From the NCBI RefSeq assembly GCF_000143415.4, contig NW_003314356.1:620001-684000 (forward strand): a stretch of DNA of 64,000 bases. The letters run 5' to 3'. Origin of the DNA: Selaginella moellendorffii (lineage: Eukaryota > Plantae > Lycopodiophyta). Under the pieces are notes generated by a model. That model was not told the origin of the DNA, made no database searches, and saw only the letters and a program-made list of their open reading frames with translations. The position numbers were made by a program, and so were the translations under genes. This document shows positions 55,663 to 64,000 of this stretch, piece after piece. Each line of letters opens with the position of its first letter. Position 1 is the stretch's first letter.

Positions 55663-58630
55663 TCATGCTTGATACGAGCAAACCTTTATCATCTTTTGCA
55701 AAACTGCCTCTGTTTGTATCCTCTTGCATTCCTCCAATACCCGAGCTTGCTCCTCCCACATTCCTAAGCTCGCAAAGAGATTTCCCATCAGCGTATAAGC
55801 GGAGTAAGTTCTCTCGTCCAGCCCCACAATCGTTTCAAAAGCCAGCCTTCCCAGCTCTAGATTCCCCCACTTTCCACACGCGCCCAGGAACGCTGTCCAT
55901 GCTACTACGTTCGATGGTATATTGCTCTTCAGCACCACAATGGCCTCATCCAGATAATTGGCACGTCCCAGAAGATCCACCATGCAGGCGTAATGCACGG
56001 CATCCACAGTAATGTCCCGGTCTGCTCGCATTGCCTCGAAGTACGTCTTTCCCTTCTCGACAAGCCCAGCATGACTGCAAGCTGCTAGAACTGAGAGATA
56101 CGTGATTCTGTCTCCTTTCATCCCTTGTCTCTGCATTTCTTCAAACAGTTCAATCGTCTTCTGTGCGTCTCCTTGACGACTGTATCCCGCTATCAGAGAA
56201 GTCCATGCCGAAACACTTCTCGGGTCTGTGACTGCTTCAAACAGCTGTTGAGAGACTGAGATCCTGCCGCACCTGCCATAGAAATCGACCAGCGAGTTGG
56301 CCACCAAAACGTTGTTCTCTAGTCCGCACCTACAGATGTCAGCTTGAATCTGCTTTCCAGTTTGCAGTGCCACCACACAACCACAGGCCGAAAGAGCCGC
56401 AACTACCGTCCGAGAATCCGGAAGAAAACCACTTTGCTGTTGCATGCTGGTGAAGAGATCTAGAGCCAGCTGTCCCTCGCTGTTTTCAACGAGTGCTGAC
56501 ATGAGAGCGTTCCAGGACACCACGTCGTGATGAAGCATCCGGTCAAATGCGGCTCGGCAATCCAGCAAGCTTCCGCATTTTGCGTACACGTCCACCAACG
56601 TGTTGGCCACGAACATATCGCCCAGTTTTCCTGTTTTACCAGCTTCGGAGTGCAAGGCCATAACCTTTTCCAAGCACTCCACCTTCACCACTTTGCCACT
56701 GACGTGCTTGCCTTCGTCTCGTTCAGCTAGATTACCGCATGCCGTCAGAGCAGCAACAAAGCTCTGCGAGTCTGGCGGACATCCCTGGCTTCTCATCTTG
56801 GTAAACAGCTCGAAAACTAGCTCCGCTTCACCATTACGAACGTATCCCAGCATGAGCGAGTTCCACAAAACCACATCCCGATGAAGCACTTTTTCAAACA
56901 CTGTCCGGGCATTGTCCATGCTCCCGGAGTTCGCGTACATGTCCACCAGCGCCGTAGCCACAAAAATGTCTGCGTCCCACCTGTTCCTTGCGGCTAGCGA
57001 GTGAATGTCCATGCCTCTTTTCAAAGCTCCGCTCTTGACTTTGGCAAGCTTGTCACCTTCTTCTTGCTCAGCCAAGCTTGTACAGGCCATCAACGCTGCA
57101 ACGAAACTTCTGCCATCGGGGACGCAACCTCCAGAGACCATGCTCTCAAACAAGGAAAACGCCACCTCGGCCTCGCCACATTCCACATAGCCCAGCATGA
57201 GAGCAGTCCAAGAGACCACGTCCCGCTCAGGCATCCTGTCAAAAACCTTGTGAGCATCAGCCAGGCTTCCACATTTTGCATACATACCAATTAAGCTGTT
57301 GCCGACGAAAGTATCACTTTGAAAACCGCCCTTGGTAGCGTCCAGATGGATCTTCTTCCCAACTTCTAGAGTCACCTCTTTCAAATACTGTCCGGCAACG
57401 AGCTTCGCCTCTTCTTTCTGTGCTACCCCAGCACAGGCTGCGAGGACTGCAACGTAAGTGCGTGAATTCGGTGAACAGCCCTCTGACTGCATGGAGTAAA
57501 ACATCTCTAGAGCCAGCTCCTCCTCCCCGTTTTCAGCACAGCCGAGTATGAGAGAGGTCCAGCATACGACGTCGCGGCGAGCCATTCCCCTGAAAACCGA
57601 CGTAGCATCGGCCAAGCTGCCGCACTTGCAGTACATATCGACGAGAGTGCTTGCCACAAAGATATCCTTGTCAAATCCACGTTTTGCAGCTTGAGAGTGA
57701 ATAGCTGAGCCCTTCCTCAAGCTTCCGAGCTTGAGAACTCTGCCGTCAACCAGCTCGCCCGGCTCCAAAGACGCTAAAGTAGCACAAGCCTTGAGCGCAG
57801 CGACGAAAGTCCGAGAGTTTGGTTCGCATCCCCGAGAAACCATTTGTGAGAACATCTCCAAAGCCAGGTTCCCGTCACCAGTCTCCGCGTATCCCATGAT
57901 CAAAGTTGTCCACGACACGACGTTGGGACTTCGAATCTTCTCAAACACCGCTCGAGCATCCACCAGGCTCCCACACTTGGCGTAGAGACTGATCAGGATG
58001 TTCTCCACGAACTCGTCGGACTCGTAGCCATACTTGGCAACCCGGCGATGGAGCTCCGTCCCTTTCCCCAAGCATCCGAGCTTGACGACCTTGCGGCAAA
58101 CTTCCTGTCCCACTTCCTTCTCGGCCAAGTTGACACAGGCCATCAGTCCAGCCACGAAACTCCGGTCGTTTGGACAGCAGCCACTTCTTTCCATTCCCCT
58201 GAGCAGCTCCAAAGCCAAATCCTCCTGGCCATTCACTGCGTAACCGAGCAGTAGCGCGTTCCAGGACACCACGTCTCGAGCCGGCATCTCATCGAACACC
58301 TTGCGAGCGTCGGCCATTTTCCCACACTTAGCATACATGTCCACCACCGCGGTCGCGACGAAAGCATCTGCAAAGATCCCCGTGCTCTCACGGGCGTCAG
58401 TATGGATTCTCTGGCCTGCTTCCAAGTACCTCAAGCTCCCGCACGCCTTGAGAGCCGCAAGAACGCCGCTCGACAGCCATGCCTCCAATTTGGAAATCTT
58501 CTCTATGGCTGCCGCTCGCTGCTCCACGAACTGCATCAAAGATTCAAGATCGATCAATGCTGCTGGATCGCACGAAGAAATGCCTCACATTCTTGAGCGG
58601 CGATCGAGTCCGATCGCAGAGCCGCATCAT
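55663..58630 (-). CDS. PLS-class PPR protein with E domain and no DYW, about 970 aa
   Basis: 964-aa PPR ORF; likely first exon MMRLCDRTRSPLKN (ATG 58630) spliced to FVEQRAAA. Confidence 0.92.
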
Positions 58631-59079
58631 AATCCATTGCCAGCGAGACGAAATACTCGCTCAAAGCTCTCGACAAGGAGTCGCTGGATCAATGCCGGTG
58701 ACACGATGAAACCTAATCACATTTTAGAGCTCCAATTGCAGCAACCTGATCGTCCATCGCCTGATCGTGATCGTATCGCGAGCCTAGAACCCTAGAAGCT
58801 CTGCTAGAGCCCTAAATATTCGTACGAGAGGTCCGTACTAAAAGAGAATCTAAGTGTGCCGGAGAATCGAACCGCCGGCCTCTAGCTCCACGAGAAAAGC
58901 TCTCTTTTGCGCTCTCCCAAACCCTAGGAGGAGCGCGCACGGCGAGGAACAGGTGAGTGCTCGTGGATTGGATCTATCCTCTCGGCGCTGAAATTTCTTG
59001 TGACCGCTTGCCGGCGCGCTTGAAATCTCTCCCAAATCCCTCGAGATCCTCTCTCACTCCCGCCCTGTCCAATCCAGGA

Positions 59080-60158
<1,079 letters not shown>

Positions 60159-60316
60159 TAGCTGTTAGACACCTCTCTCTTTCCTGCCTTGGTACTGTTG
60201 ATTTTTTTTGGTTCCTGAATACATTATTTGGCTTGCACTAACTCCATCTCTATGTTGCTTGTCTAGAACTTGTGGTTGATTGAGCCCTGGATCTCCACTA
60301 CCTCTTTTTTGATTCT

Positions 60317-60894
60317 CTATGGACATTTCAAGCCTCCCCTGTGGTTGGTCATGGTTGCATAGCAGGGGCATGTCTCTCTGTTGCCATAGGTTCCAGGAGG
60401 AACACAATGGCACTTTGCACAGCAGATGTTACAGCACTTGAGGCATCTCTTTGGTCTGCCTGCTTTGGAGCACCTCCTGTTGCATTCTTTGGTACAGTCT
60501 GTTTTGTTTTGTTGTGGATCACAGGACAGGGAAATTGAGACATCTCATCAGCACAGCCAAGTGGATGAAGGAAGCTTTATAAACACTTTACCAATTGGGG
60601 CTGGTGAGGAGGGTCCTGGAGCAGGGGTAGAGTTGGATGAAGTCACTTCCACCTGGTAAACAAAACAGGTTTATTGTGTTTTTTTTTTTTTTTTTGCATT
60701 ATTTTTGCATTATTTTGGTACTCACTGGTGGTATGTAGATAGCTGGTAGGAGCTCATCCACATCATGTTGTGACTCCAAACTGCTGTCTACCTGGAACCA
60801 AAATGGTGTTGCTAGTAGAGTAAGATGAAATCACCTCATCAGAGATCCATAACAGGAATGCCAGAAAGATCAGTGAAGAAATCCTCATGTCCAT
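60317..60894 (-). CDS. GASA/Snakin cysteine-rich secreted peptide, 4 exons
   Basis: Signal peptide [18 protein letters not shown]; Pro-rich linker; last exon [60 protein letters not shown]; missed by the ORF track. Confidence 0.9.
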
Positions 60895-61214
60895 GCTTCT
60901 TTGATCATGGAGGGGAGAGTGTGTTTTTTATTCCCAGCACAAAACTACAAACTATGTTGGTAAGTCCACCATGATAACGAGATTTACAATTCTGAGCCGG
61001 CCGACAAAAGATCACTTTTATCTTGACTACTCTTGACTGTGGAATGACTGTGAAATGAGTTGACCAAGTTGACCAACAATCGAACAAGTAGGGTTTTAGC
61101 GTTCTGTTCTAGGAGGAATGGTACAGTGCGCTTTTGTGTCCGGCATTTTTTTCTCCTTTTCTTCTTTTTGTGTAGGCCCTTGTGCTGTATGATCGCGAGG
61201 AGGCGGAGCAAGAA

Positions 61215-62230
61215 ATGGAGGGGGGCGATGGAAAAATGGAGGCCGAACTTTGCATCAGTCTGAGCACCAGCTGCTCGTCCGAAGCTCCTTCTTCGCCCAG
61301 TTCCTCCTCGACTTGCAGCGTCGATCGAGTCGCCGTCCGCAGAGCTCTCCAACATTTTGAGATGCTGCGCTCCGCGGACAAGGCAGGCCGTGCCGACCTC
61401 AACGCCGGCAAAGCCATGCGTCAACAGGCAAGCATCTCTCCACTTTCTTTCCTTCTCTCACTGGGTTCGCTTCTGGGACTTTTCGTTTCTTGGTTCGATG
61501 GTTTTGTTCCTTTTGCTTCTGTGCTCCAGACTCTGTCTCTTTGTTTCAACCTATGTGTTCTTGGACTTCTCAAAGATCGGATCTTGGGTCTTCCTTTAGA
61601 AACTCTCTATAAGTGCTCGTGTCTGATCTATTTTGCAGGGTATGTGGCTAAACCGTGTAAAATACTTTGGCCACGTCCCGGGTGTGGAAGTTGGCGACGT
61701 CTTCCACTTCCGCGTCGAGCTTTGCATCGTGGGGCTCCACGGCCACATCCAAGGCGGCATCTCGTGGATTGGTGGCGACGACAACAAGTGGGGCGAGCCA
61801 GTCGCAAACAGCATCGTTCTCTCTGGTGGCTACGAAGACGACGACTCGGGCGAGCGCTTTGTCTACCACGGTGCTGGGGGCAATCACCAAAACACCGCCC
61901 GGCCCGGGTGTTATGCCCAGGACCAGAGCCTGGATCGGGGAAATCTTGCTCTCGCCAACGCTTTTCTGTTCCAGGTTCCAATCCGGGTGATTCGGGGAAT
62001 CGAGTCTGGGCTCAAGAAGAAGAGCTATCGCTACGATGGTCTGTTTAGAGTGACTCGCTACTGGGACGAGGTTGATGGGGATGGATGGACGGTTTACAAG
62101 TTCCTGGTGGAGCGGAAGGGGATGAGTTTCGACAAGAACGAAGTGGCGAAGTAAGTTGGTTTTGTTTTGGTGTTCCTTGCTTGATCTTTTCATGCCTTTC
62201 AGGAATCTGAGGAAGTACCGCACTAGCTAG
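61215..62230 (+). CDS. SRA/YDG-domain-only protein (SUVH-like N-terminal half, no pre-SET/SET)
   Basis: RADLNAGKAM..GHVPGVEVGDVFHFRVELCIVGLH..SIVLSGGYEDD..YHGAGG..DQSLDRGNLAL..PIRVIRG..YRYDGLF; GC-AG intron 61428-61638; stop at 62154 (unspliced) or 62230 (spliced). Confidence 0.88.
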
Positions 62231-62649
62231 GAAATTGAACAAAGACCCGTCCCGGAAGTATCTCAAAGTTTTGCTCTTTGTAAATATAAGTGATCACGAT
62301 TTCGCAAAAGCACATTGTGTAAGTTTTGCGCTTCGCAGCATCCACTCCAACAGCAGCATTGCTGTGAAGCTTGCAATCTCCAAGAAAAGCTCTCCAAGCA
62401 ACCAATGATCTCACAAAAAACTTTTAACTTGCCAAACATGTCCATGAGTTGAGTTTCATGCTCCACAAATGCCCAAAGCTAGAGCCGACCTCCAGCTTAA
62501 TGGACAATTACCTGCAGAAACAAAGGACACCTCTGCAAACAGCTAACCTGAGAAATAGTTCCAGATCCTCATTTGTTCTGGACGTGGCGATCTATGAAAA
62601 CACTAGATAGATCGAACCTTTCTGAAGTTAGTCATTCTTTCGATTTGAT

Positions 62650-63649
62650 TTACTTTTGTTTCCCGCTCTTGTGCACGAACAGGATGAATGTCACAAGCGA
62701 CCCCAGCAAGTAGCCACCGGTTGCTCCATAAGTGCATGAGATCGGCCATTGCTGAAAAAGAGCGAGTAGAAAACTACAATGGAAAAAAGACTGGGATGTA
62801 TTGGACCTGCCATTCGCGTTCCCAGTCCAGGGGCATTGGCCAGGCACCAATCCAGGCTCCCACAGCAGCACCATGAGCGGGCACGCAAACTAGCAGCTCC
62901 AGAGAACCGCTTGGCCTGTAAAGTCGAGAGCAAACTTTACTTGAGAAGCTGACAAGAGAGAAGTATTCGACGAAGCTTGAACCTCGTGAACGCGAAAACT
63001 TGTTGCCAGCGTCGCCATGAAGGGCCTAGAACCATGCCAGCGGGCGCGATCTGCGTTGCAAAGGCGGCATAAGAAACTAGAGGAATCAAACAAAAAAACA
63101 CGAGAGACCATCAAAGTTGACATGAAAAAGCTCCAATAGAAGGTCGGCCAGAAAAACCTGCAGGACACCAGCAAATACAAACTGCTGTTTTTTATTCTTT
63201 TTTCTTCACTGACTCGTTTCCAAACGGTGCACCCAGTGTTATGGCGAAGAATGCAATGGCAGAAGCTCCTGGCATGGAAGATCCATTCTGTCTTAGAACA
63301 AAACCAGCAAAAGAATTCACAAAACTCACCTAAAGGAATGCAGAGAAGGCCTCGCATGAGCGCCTGCCAAGCCTGAGACGAGAAGAGCAAGTGAAAGAAA
63401 ATCCAAGACGTCAAAAAGAGAGGAAAAAAAAAACTCTTACCGGACAATCGCAAACAATGGTGCTAAAGAGAAGAACTTGGAGGAGGATGAGCTGAGAGAG
63501 GAAAAAACTGTCAATCCTCGCGCACGCTTTGATGGATCAGTCGATCTCACCGAATAGAAGCGACCTATGAACGCTGGAGAATGCAGCAATGCCACCGCCG
63601 CTCCCACAGCCAGCGCGCTAGACGCTGCCAGCACCGATCTAACCCCCAT
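62650..63649 (-). CDS. PIG-F: GPI-anchor biosynthesis protein PIG-F, multi-exon
   Basis: Exon reading GAAVGAWIGAWPMPLDWEREWQ / QWPISCTYGATGGYLLG, the PIG-F/GPI11 signature. Confidence 0.85.
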
Positions 63650-63844
63650 AAAAGAGTTGAACTAGGGCTTTTGACTGACTGACATCACAAACTCACTAAA
63701 CCCTTAAGATGAAAAAACTATGCTAAATTTGAGTAATTTTTTTAGAAATTATATTAATAGAATAGAGTAATTTAAAGTTTAAGGATTAGGTTTCTTCGAG
63801 AGGCGTCTGAAGCAAATTTCAGCTCCTCGACTTCGTTGCAGCTG

Positions 63845-64000
63845 CTCAAGCTTCTCCAGTTGGAGGTTCCTGGATGTCTTCGTCGTCGAAGGAACCGGAA
63901 GGAACTCCTTCCTCCTCGAGTCCTCCGGCCATGCTGAAACCGCACTTTGGCTCCGATGGACTCCCTTTCACGAACAGCAGCCAGTACAGCGAGACACAGC
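63845..64000 (-). pseudogene. Degenerate monothiol (CGFS) glutaredoxin domain at the window edge
   Basis: LLFVKGSPSEPKCGFS...EEEGVPSGSFD, then loss of the WPTxPQ motif and an early stop. Confidence 0.6.

Noticed and set aside
62230-62470. PPR E-domain-like remnant (SLVAWRAFLGDCKLHSN) on the minus strand
   Set aside because: Short, frameshifted and low confidence; not listed as a feature.

Overview
Eukaryotic land-plant nuclear DNA that is very gene-dense, with tiny (about 45-75 nt) introns and expanded PLS-class PPR genes. This is most consistent with a lycophyte such as Selaginella (inference, not verified). Conventional genes: the 3' end of a PHD-finger gene, a malectin-LRR receptor kinase, four G-type lectin (S-domain) receptor kinase copies (one pseudogene), three PPR-E genes plus remnants, MLO, a NIGT1/HHO GARP factor, COX6B, UPF1, 14-3-3, a GASA/Snakin, PIG-F and an RT-less Ty3/gypsy element. 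The most unusual content is: (1) three Fic/Fido-domain genes, a family not typical of flowering plants - one signal-peptide-bearing with an intact HPFLDGNGRVGR motif, one spliced copy with HPFLDGNGRCSR that the ORF track misses, and one pseudo-enzyme with RPFVDGSARVGE; (2) a DCL1-derived mini-Dicer with no helicase or PAZ, a mitochondrial-presequence-like N-terminus and substituted catalytic acidic residues in both RNase III domains; (3) a Crinkler-like PD-(D/E)xK nuclease-kinase fusion in a TE-rich tract; (4) a strongly base-paired, unannotated ~200-nt RNA candidate; (5) truncated eIF5 and SRA-only proteins. All exon structures were read by eye and coordinates are approximate.
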